From positions 5,208,001-5,272,000 of the forward strand of contig NC_043024.1 in assembly GCF_006345805.1 (NCBI RefSeq): 64,000 bases of DNA, read 5' to 3'. The stretch's first letter is position 1; every line of letters begins with the position of its first letter. A model generated the notes under the pieces. It had not been told where the DNA came from. It made no database searches and saw only the letters and a list, made by a program, of their open reading frames with translations. This DNA is from Octopus sinensis. Lineage: Eukaryota. Of this stretch, positions 1 to 11,628 are shown in pieces. A program made the position numbers and the translations under genes.

Positions 1-221
1 TATACTTAGTTATAAGTGTATGCGTATGTGTGTATATATAGTTTATTTATCTTTTTGTTTTTGTTTTATATTTAATTGTTGATAGGGTTGATTTTAGATT
101 ATATATTGATTATATATGTACTATATATAGGTTATATATAGATTATATATTTATAATTTTTTATTATTTTAAAATTATTTTAAAATTATATTTTAATGTA
201 TTGATATTTTAGATCGGAAGT

Positions 222-264
222 CCACTTGAAGATTGTCATTGAGGACATGAAACAATTGTAGTGG
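222..264 (+). ncRNA. Degenerate minimal type I hammerhead ribozyme (Penelope pLTR-like)
   Basis: CCAC-TTGAAGA-T-TGTC(attgag)GACA-T-GAAAC-AATT-GTA-GTGG. Stem I CCAC/GTGG, palindromic stem III ACAATTGT. C3 is U and stem II closes with a U.U mismatch. Confidence 0.45.
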
Positions 265-440
265 CGGTTTTTTTACTTTTTATTAAAATTTTATGTATTG
301 ATTAAGTCTTTCCTTGTTTGTTTTACAAAATAGTGGTTTTGTCTCTAATTAATATTATATAATATTTTACTATAAAATTGGATTTAATCCTAAATCTGAT
401 TTTTTCCCTGTAAATTTGGATTTATTCCCTAATATTTATT

Positions 441-794
441 ATTATATATATACATATATATATATATATATACATATATATACATATATATATATATATA
501 CACATATATATATACATATACACATATATATATACATATACATATATATATACATATACATATACATATATATATATACATATACATATATATATATACA
601 TATACATATATATATATACATATACATATATATATATACATATACATATATATATACATATATATATATACACACATATATATATATATATATACACATA
701 TATATATATATATACACACACATATATATATATATATACACACACATATATATATATATATATACACACACATATATATATATACACACACATA

Positions 795-847
<53 letters not shown>
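441..847. repeat. (TA)n/(TACA)n compound microsatellite
   Basis: Direct reading; source of spurious YI-repeat ORFs. Confidence 0.97.
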
Positions 848-849
<2 letters not shown>

Positions 850-1458
850 GAGTGAGAAACCTGCCCGGGAAGTGAACCCAAGTGCAAGTTCTCCTACCGG
901 CAGCAAGGGCCATGGAGATGGAGAACCCAGGGAAGAAGTAGAGGGAGGAAGAACTAAAAGAAGGACTGAAAGAGCTAAAGGAAAAGCTCAAGCAGGACCA
1001 AAGGGTGAAACAACCAGGAATAGAAGTGGAACCACAAAGGATGGAAACAAACAGCGCACACGGGTGTGTAGGTTCTACCTGAGAGGTACCTGCTGGCATG
1101 GAAAGGAAGGTGCAGGCTGCCACTTTGCACATCGGGGACCCTGCCGCAGAGACACGAAACAGATAAAAAACCATCAACACAAGGAAAAGGGATGGACCAC
1201 GCACCACCTGCCCCAAAACGGAGGTACGCAGATGTGGTGCGTGCCACAAACTGCCAACATGATGTTGTTGAAAGGGCAGCTACTGAGCAGCAATCTTTTT
1301 TGTGCATGGCACAAAAGATTGTACAGCAGCTGACCTGGCTTCATCAAACCCAAGCTCGCAGGTGGGACTACCCACTATATACAAGACCACACCAGCAAAC
1401 AGACCCAGGATGGACACCGCCGGCAACAACATACACCTCACCTCGATGCTCCTACTGA
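848..1458 (+). pseudogene. LINE ORF1 with CCCH-type zinc finger (one frameshift near 1190)
   Basis: MSEKPAREV...[22 protein letters not shown] in ORF 416-1333; plausible continuation in the 1192-1458 frame, ending over the ORF2 start. Confidence 0.6.
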
Positions 1459-4438
1459 ACATCAGAGGACTGCAAACATTCAGTAACAGGACAAAAATCC
1501 CGTTCTTGAGAGACTTTGCTGCATGCAATCAAGCCTTATGCATAGCACTTACGGAAACGCACCTGAAACCGGACATAGCAGATGCGGAGTTACACATACC
1601 ACAGTATGTTGTACTACGGACCGACAGAAAAGAAAGGAGTCATGGAGGAGTTGCTATGTACATCCGTGAGGACCTCACACCCCAGGTCCTCTTGTCATAC
1701 TCAAACTCGGTGTGTGACACACTAATTGTACATATAAGGCAACTTGATGTAGTTGTGTGTGCTACATATCGCCCTCCAGATGCCCCAAGCCATGTGGGCA
1801 AGTTTGAAGACTGCCTTATAAAAATAGAAGAAGTTCTAATCACATTAGAACAACACATAAGTGTACTTCTTATGGGAGACTTCAATCTACCCAATGTCAG
1901 ATGGCCCGAGGGCCTTTCTCTCCCAGGAATGACAAGATGTGAACGAGGACAGGTGAGGTCCCTCCTGAACCTCATCAACACCCTGTACATGGAGCAAGTA
2001 ATACTCCAACCATCCAGGGCAGGTAAATCACTGGATCTCTGCTTCACAAATGACATGGATCTCATCCATAATGTGAAAGTGACACCGACACTACTCTCAG
2101 ATCACAACATGGTAGAGCTGACCATGTACGGGCCAAAAGAGAGCACGGACATGCAGCCAACAAGAAACCCTCAGAATCTTTCCAGCTTGAACTTCCATAA
2201 GGCAAACTGGAAACAAATTGAGAAAGAGATCCTCAAACAAAACTGGCCTGAATGTCTCTCCTCGCCAGACATCGATGTGAAACTTCAACAATTCATGTCT
2301 GTAATGCAAGCCATATGCTACAAATGTGTCCCAGAGAGAAAGGCCACTGTACACAAGAACAAAATCCCCAGAGAGAGAGGAAAATTTTAATGAGACGGCG
2401 TACAAAAATTTCAAATCGCCTAAAGAAACAGATTGAAAGCAGTGAAAAGTCCCGCCTAAAAATAAGACTGTTGGAAATTGAAAAATGTCTGCAACTCTCC
2501 CATGAAAAGGAAAGAGCAGACAAAGAAGCCTGGGCTATAGACAACATAAAATCTAACCCCAGAGCTTTCTACAGGTATGCCAAAGAAACAGCTATGGTGC
2601 ACTGTAGAATAGGGCCACTCCTTGAAAAGGATGGCACACTCACAGGAAAACCAATGAGGGTAAGTGAAATACTGAATGAGCAATTCAAGAGTGTTTTCAC
2701 TCCACCCCTTGGGCATTTCCAAATCACCAATCCAACTGACTTCTTTACCACTGCAGATATAAAATCAGAGGCGGCGACGATAGATTACATCGATATAAAG
2801 GAAGACGATGTAATAAAGGCTATAGATGAAATGAAAACAGACTCAGCTACTGGCCCCGATGGATTCCCGGCAATCCTCCTAAAAGCATGTAAGAGAGTCC
2901 TAGCAAGACCACTGCAGTTCCTCTTTCAGAGCTTCCTTGCAGCTGGCAAACTTCCAAGAAAACTGAAGGAAGGTAAAATATGCCCTATTCATAAAGGAGG
3001 TAGCAGAGCGGAGGCCAAGAACTACAGACCTATCTCTCTGATCTCACACATCAGCAAGGTCATGGAACGAATAGTCAGAAGGAAACTGATCACCTTCCTT
3101 GAAGAAAATGACTTGCTGCCTGACACCTAACATGGTTTCCGACCAGGGAGAAGCTGCTTAACTCAGCTCCTACAACACTATGACTGAGTGCTGAAACGAC
3201 TGCTCAACCACTCAAATGTGGAAGTGATATATCTCGACTTTGCAAAGGCCTTTGATAAAGTTGATCATGGAATGATATGTCACAAACTGCGTGATCTCAG
3301 CATAGTTGGAAAACTGGGAGAATGGCTTCATGACTTTCTGAAAGATAGAAGTCAGGTGGTAGTAGCCAATATATAGAGAGAGATATATATGATTGATTGA
3401 TTGATTGATTCTAATTTCAGCTCATGAGTGAGCGGTGTTCCGCAGGGCACTGTTTTGGGACCACTACTGTTCATAATGGCCCTCTCAGACATGCCCTCAG
3501 CCACGCAGAGAGCCACGATCACAAGTTATGCAGATGATACAAAAGTTTCACAGGCAATACAGAACCCTGAGGACACTAAACGCCTGCAATGTGAGCTGGA
3601 CAAAATATACAAGTGGGCTGAAAAGAATAGCATGCAGTTCAATGCTGAAAAGTTTCAAGCTTTATACTATCAGCATGCGAAACTAAATGCAATACCCAAT
3701 GAATACACTGGACACAGAGGGATTGCAATCCCAGAGGCACAATCAGTGCGTGACCTGGGTATTTACATGAGTGATGACGCAACCTTTCATGTACATGTTG
3801 CTAAATTGGCAATGAAATGTAGACAATTGGCCGGATGGATTCTCAGAACCTTTAGAACAAGAGAACAAGAAACCATGATGGTCCTCTGGAGGACACTTGT
3901 CCTAAGCCACTTTGACTATTGCTCTCAGCTATGGTCACCATCCAGTGTCAAGTTGATCACAGAACTTGAGGCGATCCAACGTAGCTACATGAAAAATATA
4001 GCCTCTATGCAGAATATAAGCTACTGGGAAAGACTCAAGAGATTAAAACTCTATTCCTTGGAGCGTAGGTGAGAAAGATATGCCATAATATACATCTGGA
4101 AGATCCTGGAGGGACTTGTCCCAAACTTTGGCATCGAGAGTTACACAAATGCCAGAACTGGGCACCACTGCGTGGTACCTAGGACTCCAAATTTGCCATC
4201 AAGATATAGGACAAGATACTGTGATAGCCTGGGCTTCCGAGGCCCACAGCTCTTCAATATCCTCCCGAAGAACCTAAGAGACCTGCATGGGGTGGATGCA
4301 GATGTCTTTAAAATGAAACTGGATCTCTTCCTGTCAGATATCCCAGATGAACCAACTTCACGGCAGGAGGTGCAGATGAGGGCAGCTGCATCGACCTCTC
4401 TCATGCACCAAATGGCAGTTGCTAAAAAGCATTCGTGA
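1446..4438 (+). pseudogene. LINE ORF2 (APE endonuclease + reverse transcriptase), disrupted
   Basis: ORFs 1302-2390, 2252-3130, 3188-3376, 3428-4072 and 4172-4438 are collinear pieces; in-frame stops at about 3128, 3185 and 4070. Confidence 0.9.
3369..3428 (-). repeat. Inverted copy of the LINE's own 3' tail plus flanking microsatellite, inside the RT region
   Basis: Reverse complement CTCATGAGCTGAAATTAGAATC(AATC)n-ATATATAT-CTCTCT matches 4490-4555. Confidence 0.85.
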
Positions 4439-4547
4439 AGTAAAACCATAAAGCAACACCAAATGGCGGTGCCCCAGCATGGCCACAGCTCATGAGCTGA
4501 AACTAGAATCAATCAATCAATCAATCATATATATCTCTCTCTCTCTC

Positions 4548-4585
<38 letters not shown>

Positions 4586-4586
4586 A

Positions 4587-4932
4587 CCAACCACATGGTT
4601 CCAGGTTCAGTCCCACTGCGTGGCATCTTGGGCAAGTGTCAGGCTGACCAATGCCTTGTGAGTGGATTTGGTAGACGGAAACTGAAAGAAGCCTATCGTA
4701 TATATGTATATATATATAAGTGTGTGTATATGTTTGTGTGTCTGTGTTTGTCCCCCTAGCATTGCTTGACAACCGATGCTGGTGTGTTTACGTCCCCGTC
4801 ACTTAGCAGTTCGGCAAAAGAGACCGATAGAATAAGTACTGGGCTTACAAAGAATAAGTCCCGGGGTCGATTTGCTCGACTAAAGGCGGTGCTCCAGCAT
4901 GGCCGCAGTCAAATGACTGAAACAAGTAAAAG
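4587..4932 (+). mobile_element. SINE family I (tRNA-type head AGGAGTGGCTGTGTGG...GGTTCAGTCC), 5'-truncated
   Basis: Matches copies at 18963, 34147 and 51204; ends ...GACTGAAACAAGTAAAAGAG. Confidence 0.9.
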
Positions 4933-5100
4933 AGTATATCTATATCTATATATATATATATATTGACGCTTAGGAAATAATTTTCAACGATATATGGTGT
5001 ATATTACTTTAAAGACAATTGCGTTTTGTTGTTTTTTTCGTTACAAAACAATTAAAAGCACTGAAAAAAAAGCAAAACAACCTTAAGGACAGTCAAACAT

Positions 5101-5910
5101 TTTTTTTTTCTAAGTAGACCACTACAGGCGACAATTCACTTGTGTTTACTTTGAATAGTTACGGCAAACTGCAGCATGAAAATTCAAAAAAAAGTTTTTA
5201 AAAATTGGCTTAACCCCTCCCCAACAAAGTAATTTTACTGTAGGCTTCAACAGGAAAATCGGTTCCTGATGACAAGCCAACAACGTGGAGTCAGAATTTA
5301 GTTGCCAGGCAGATAGAGGAAGGGTAGTACAGTAACAGATCACAGACGAAGATAACACTAATTGCCTCGTATGAAATGGTTCACTGTGTCAACTTATGAG
5401 GCTCCTGTCAACGACCAAGTCTCTTCAATGTAAACTTATAGTAACCAAATTTCCCCCACGTAGAAATAAAACATTTCTATGAAGTAAAGGGTCACTTTAC
5501 GTCTGGTTAAAAATAAACTCCTTTGATCAGGTCTGCACGACCAGGGCAGTCTTGGGACTGGGAACTGTTCAACTGAAGTTAAAGACGAGAGTTCAGTTGG
5601 GTCTTTGGAGAAACTGAAAACAAGGAGCAAACACAGACCTTGTACAACTTCGGTCAAGAGATATCTTCCACCGTGCTATTAGAAATAGCAGCCGAATGTT
5701 TTTTTAAAGTCAAACTGAACAATGCAGTATTGGATTTACAACAAAGCGGGATGGCCACGACCAAAATGTCTAATAATTTAGGGTTGGTCAGGGGTTAAAT
5801 TCCAGTTGAAAGCGAACGAGCATAGCTGAATGGTTAACGAAGTTTGCCGTAGCTATTCAAAGTAAACACAAGTGAATTGTCGCCTGTGGTGGTCTACTTT
5901 GAAAAAAAAA
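5101..5910. repeat. 70-bp inverted repeat (arms 5101-5170 and 5841-5910)
   Basis: AAGTAGACCACTACAGGCGACAATTCACTTGTGTTTACTTTGAATAG versus its near-perfect reverse complement; third copy at about 23235-23305. Confidence 0.9.
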
Positions 5911-6157
5911 ATGTTTTGCGTCCGCAAGTCGCTGTAGGATCGACTACCTACGACTAGCATGCGTGTCTGCGCGGTCTAGTCTACGCGACTACTACCCCAC
6001 CCGTATTCCTTTTTATTATGGGTGGCTATGGCTTATACCATAGGATTTTACCCTCATTTTAAAAATAAATTTTCTCTATATCACACGTAACATCCGATCA
6101 TAGGTTTTCAGAAACAACAAACCAACATTTCAGTTTGGAAGTTATTAATTAAGACGA

Positions 6158-6312
6158 GGTACGTTCTGAGTTCAAATTCCGTCGAGGCTGACTTTAACCT
6201 TTTATTCCTTCTGGGTCGATAAATTAAGTACCAGTTAAATATTGAAGCCGATGTAATCGACTATTGACCTCCCTCAAATTTCAGATCTTGTATCTAAAGA
6301 AGAAAATATTAT
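6158..6312 (+). mobile_element. SINE family II fragment with TSD TTAAGACGA
   Basis: TSD at 6149-6157 and 6313-6321; the paralogous module at about 15760 is the empty site; mirrored copy at about 22840-22990. Confidence 0.75.
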
Positions 6313-6659
6313 TTAAGACGAATTAATATATTTTCCTTATATTTTTATGTTTTCGCTTCGAAATAATTACTGTAACATCGAAAGATTCACAGAATTCTAT
6401 GATTTACAATATTATTATTAGTATTATTATCATCATTAAAGCCTTAAAGTAAATCTTTGTCAACTTACTCTGTTCAGATAGAAACTGCGAGTCAGCGATC
6501 GCTAATTAAGCACCTTAATTAATAATTGCAGCTTGGTTGATGTAGTGTAGAAGTTATTTCCCTTTATATGATTGTATTTCTTGAATTCTCCAATAGATGT
6601 CTCTACTGACTGGTTAGATTCGTTCCAGCATTTTTGTCTGTTCCCTTATATTAACTACA

Positions 6660-7010
6660 AGTAGTGTAACCCGGCGTTGCTCAGGTTCTTTTCGACCCTT
6701 CAGAATTGGAATTTTTAAAAAGTAAAAATGTTGCATTATGTGGCTTGTTTTTCTCTTTACGTGAGCATTTTTCTGGTTGAAATACACAGAAAAATGGCGA
6801 CACAACAGTCAAAAATATCGTAAAAAATAGGGATTTTCATAGCAAAAAAAGCACCTTTTTGATGTAAATAATTTTGGTGTTAACATGGTCCAATTCGAAT
6901 TTTATCTACTACAGAGGGAAGAACAAGCCTTCTTCTATCATACTCTCAAATTTGGTCAACTTGCATCGCAGGGTCTCGGAGAAGATAATGTTAGTTAAAG
7001 GCTACAAAAC
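6660..7010 (-). mobile_element. Non-autonomous Helitron-like element
   Basis: Minus-strand 3' end GAGCAACGCCGGGTTACACTAC; homologous to 22123-22488. Confidence 0.6.
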
Positions 7011-7028
7011 CTGCGACACACAGCACAA

Positions 7029-7368
7029 CTTCTTTCAGTTTCCATCTACCGAATCCACTCACAAGGCTTTGGTCGGCCCGAGGCTATAGTAGAAGACACT
7101 TGCCTGAGGTGCTACGCAGGGGGACCGAACCCGGAACCATGTGGTTGGTAAGCAAGCTACTTACCACACAGCCACTCCTGCACCTATATATATATATATA
7201 CACACACGATGCGCTTCTTTCAGTTTCCGTCTACCAAATCCACTCACAAGGATTTGGTCAGCCCGAGGCTATATTAGAAGACACTAGCCCAAGATGCCAT
7301 GCAGTGGGACTGAACCCGAACTATGTGGTTGGTATGCAAGCTACTTACCACACAGCCACTCCTACGCC
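7029..7368 (-). mobile_element. Two tandem partial SINE-I copies (5' halves)
   Basis: Reverse complements of the SINE-I head at about 7029-7185 and 7210-7368. Confidence 0.85.
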
Positions 7369-7384
7369 AAGGCACTCATTTGAG

Positions 7385-7580
7385 GGAATGATTTGCCATA
7401 GATCTCGCACTGATATATCTTCTCTCCTGTATGAATATATTTGTGTTTAACTAAAACATTATACGCAGAAAATGATTAGCCACACATCTCACAGTGACGC
7501 AGATTCTCCCCCATGTCAATGTTTGGGTATAGATAATTCACTGCTTTGAAAGAATGATTTACCACAGATATGTCTTTTTA
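7385..7580 (-). pseudogene. Relic C2H2 zinc-finger repeats
   Basis: GAATGATTTACCACAGATA (CGKSF) and TTCTCTCCTGTATG (HTGE) signatures with stops and indels. Confidence 0.65.
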
Positions 7581-7699
7581 CCTGTGTGCCTTTTTCTATG
7601 AATATACTTTGACTTCAGGGATTAGTTGTAACGAAAGTCTAGAACAATGTAGACAGACTGTGTCATAAGAAACCTTGCCAAGCACGTGGTTCTGGGCTC

Positions 7700-8106
7700 G
7701 GATCTTTTCGGTTTGACCAGCAGTTTTTTTAAATAATTTCCACAAAACTAAACACTTTTAAACTTCGTATACTGGTAGAATGTGTTTATAAAACATCTTT
7801 TTCTTTTGGCTTTATTGAGAAAATTCTACAGTTTGTAAGATATTTGTTGTTTTTTTTCTTCAATTTCAACCAATCAGTGACGTCTATTGAGGTGAAAACA
7901 TTCTGTGCCGTATGAATATGTCCCTTGTTTAAGAAACAGATTGGGTTTATTTACATTTGTGAAGAAAAAAAGATACCCTTTCCCCACCCCCAACCCAAAC
8001 ACAAAAACAGATTGAAATGCAATAGATCGATACTAGGGTCATAATTATGGGTGACAATTTCATATGACCCCGCTAGAAAAAACTGCCGTTCAAACGGAAA
8101 AGATCC
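7700..8106. mobile_element. hAT-type MITE
   Basis: About 29-bp TIRs GGATCTTTTCGGTTTGACCAGCAGTTTTT / AAAAACTGCCGTTCAAACGGAAAAGATCC; perfect 8-bp TSD CTGGGCTC (7692-7699, 8107-8114); interrupts a degenerate SINE-I head. Confidence 0.85.
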
Positions 8107-8216
8107 CTGGGCTCAGTGCCACTGCATGGCACCTTAAGTGTGGGCCTTCTACTAAATTCTTGTTTTATCCAAATCCTTCAAAGTCATTCTGGTCAGTGCT
8201 GAGATGGTAATAGTAC

Positions 8217-8908
8217 CTATTTCTTTACTACCCACAAGGGGCTAAACGAATTAAGTCGATTACATCGATCCCAGTGCGTAACTGGTACTTATTTAATCGA
8301 CCCTGAAAGGATGAAAGGCAAAGTCGACCTCTGCAGAATTTGAACTCAGAATGTAACGCAGACAAAATACCTATTTCTTTACTACCCACAAGGGGCTAAA
8401 CACAGAGGGGTCAAACAAACAGATTAAGTTGATTACATTGACCCCAGTGCATAACTGGTACTTATTTAATCGACCCCAAAAGGATGATAGGCAAAGTCGA
8501 CCTCCGCAGAATTTGAACACAGTACGTAGCGCAGACGAAATACCTATTTCTTTACTACCCAGAAAGGGACAAACGGATTAAGTCGATTACATTGACCTCA
8601 GTGCATAACTGGTACTTAATTTATCGACCCCGAAAGGATGAAAGTCAAAGTCGACCTCGGCGGAATTTGAACTCAGAATGTAGCAGCAGACGAAATACCT
8701 ATTTCTTTACTACCCACAAGGGACTAAACACAGAGGGGACAAACAAACGAATTAAGTTGATTACATTGACCCCAGTGCATAACTGATACTTATTTAATCG
8801 AACCCGCAAGGATGAAAGGCAAAGTCGATCTCGGCGGAATTTGAACTCAGAATGTAATGGCTACGCATTTTGCCAGGCGTGCTAACGTTTCTGCCAGCTC
8901 GCCGCCTT
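8217..8908 (-). mobile_element. SINE-II head-to-tail array (4 units, one head)
   Basis: Junctions AAAGAAATAG|GTATTT(C/T)GTC at 8370/8371, 8543/8544 and 8698/8699. Confidence 0.9.
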
Positions 8909-9761
8909 TAATGGTAACAGTACCTGTGCTTATAATGTGAGCCCCTTACCCATGCATTTCATGTAACGTCACCAGTTCTTCTAACGAGACACCGTCATCA
9001 GTGACCCAATGATTTACAAGTTGCACCATCATCGGTGCTTTTTGGGTGACCCCTCTAGTATAGCTTTTCATGTGGAATCATCACCAGTGCCTTTTTCCTG
9101 GGACCAGCATCTGTGCTATTTATTTACCCCTGTGACCAGTGCTTGTAATATGGGTCCAGCACCAGGGCCTTTGATATGGTGGAAGCACCATCCTCTTTCC
9201 ATGGCACCAGCACAACTACTTTTCTCTTGGCACCATCACCAGTGACTTTTATGTGTCAACAAAACCGAAAGGGTCACCAAGGACCCTGTAAGACAAAATA
9301 GCCCACAACTGGGAGGGAGGAAGGTAATATTAAAGGAATGTCAATTTGTGCCAGTTGAGAGGTTTAAGGTAGAAAGGGGACAGGGTCTAGATATAGAGTA
9401 ACAACACAAACACAAAATAAACTTTTTATTTATTATTCTTTTTTGACAAATTCATCAAAACCCAACTGCAGGCATTTTCAGTAATCAAGTTATCTCAAAG
9501 TCAATATTTTTACAGATGATCACAAATTTCAGGTTCACATTGACGATATTAAAGTTGAAGGGAAAAAAATTGTCTTTTAGCAGACAAAACAGTCTTAACT
9601 GATGTTAGGTATTAAATTTTGACACTAATACAATTATGTTTGTGTGTGGATACCCACATGTTTATGCATGTGGCTTTTTCGATATTCTTTTTTAACAAAT
9701 TCCTCAAAGTCTAGCCAAAGGCATTTTCAGTAATCAAGTTATGTCAAGTGTCAATATTTTT

Positions 9762-10052
9762 AATTAATCGACCCCGAAAGGATGAAAAGCAAAGTGGACC
9801 TCGGTGGAATTTGAACTCAGAACGTAAAGACAGACGAAATACCACTGGCAGAAACGTTAGCATGCCAGGCGAAATGTTCAGCGGTATTTCGTCTGTCGTT
9901 ACGTTTTGAGTTCAAATTCCGCCGAGGTCGACTTTGCCTCTCATCCTTTCAGGGTCGATTATTTAAGTACTAGTTGCGTACTGGGGTCAATCTAATCGAC
10001 TGGTCCCCTCCTCCAAAATTTCAGACCTTGTACCTAGAGTAGAAAAGAATAT
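9762..10052. mobile_element. Inverted SINE-II pair forming a hairpin (arms about 9762-9845 and 9882-9967)
   Basis: Minus-strand partial copy directly abuts a plus-strand copy. Confidence 0.85.
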
Positions 10053-10379
10053 TTTTTACAGATGACAGCAAATCTGAGATTGACACTGACAGTATTGAAG
10101 TTGACGAAAGGAAAAAGCTTGTGTTTTAGCAGACCAAACAGAGTTAATTATTGTAATGTTTTAATAAATTTTAACATTGATACAGTTACATGTCTGTGTA
10201 AATACCCACATGTACGCATGTGGCTTTTTCAAGAGAATGATTTGTCACAGTGACATGGGTTCTCTCTTGAAGGAATTCATTCATGGACATTTAAGTTAGG
10301 TCTATCAGAGAATGACCATGACAGGTTCAGTCTGGTAGGAACATTTTCCTGTATAGTTAAAACACCATTTACAAAAAAG

Positions 10380-11309
<930 letters not shown>

Positions 11310-11628
11310 AACGATAATGTGTTTTTCATTTCTATGAATATGTTTTTGTTCCGTCGTGTCACTTCATGCAGAGAATAATTTAATGCAATCTTTCTTCCAT
11401 CCACGATCTTACTCGATATCTAAAACAGCAGATGGAAATTGTCAACTCCTTTGTAAATTTATCCAACTTTAATTCACCAGGAAAGCAATCACCTCCTCCA
11501 CATTCCACAGAAAGAAAAATATTCCGCTGTTCCTTGTTATAGACTGTATTTATATACAGAGGTAGACTTATTCATGAATGCTCCTTATAAATATACTGTC
11601 TTCCTTTAGGTGATGATAATATGCGGGA

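Larger units (their letters stand above)
848..4526 (+). mobile_element. CR1/L2-group non-LTR retrotransposon, degenerate
   Basis: APE motifs (LLNIRGL, IALTETHL, MGDFN, SDH), RT motifs (GPDG, LDFAKAFDKV, GVPQGTVLGPLLF, YADD), C-terminal DYCSQLWSP and LYSLERR, 3' tail ending in (AATC)n. Several stops and frameshifts. Confidence 0.92.
5705..7010. repeat. Left outer arm of large inverted duplication (partner about 22135-23438)
   Basis: Near-identical reverse complement over 5705-6700; clearly more diverged over 6715-7010. Confidence 0.92.

Noticed and set aside
416-906. Long YI/IY-rich ORFs here and at 14.6-15.2, 33.3-34.2 and 47.9-48.5 kb
   Set aside because: Translations of (TA)n/(TACA)n microsatellites, which lack stops in several frames.
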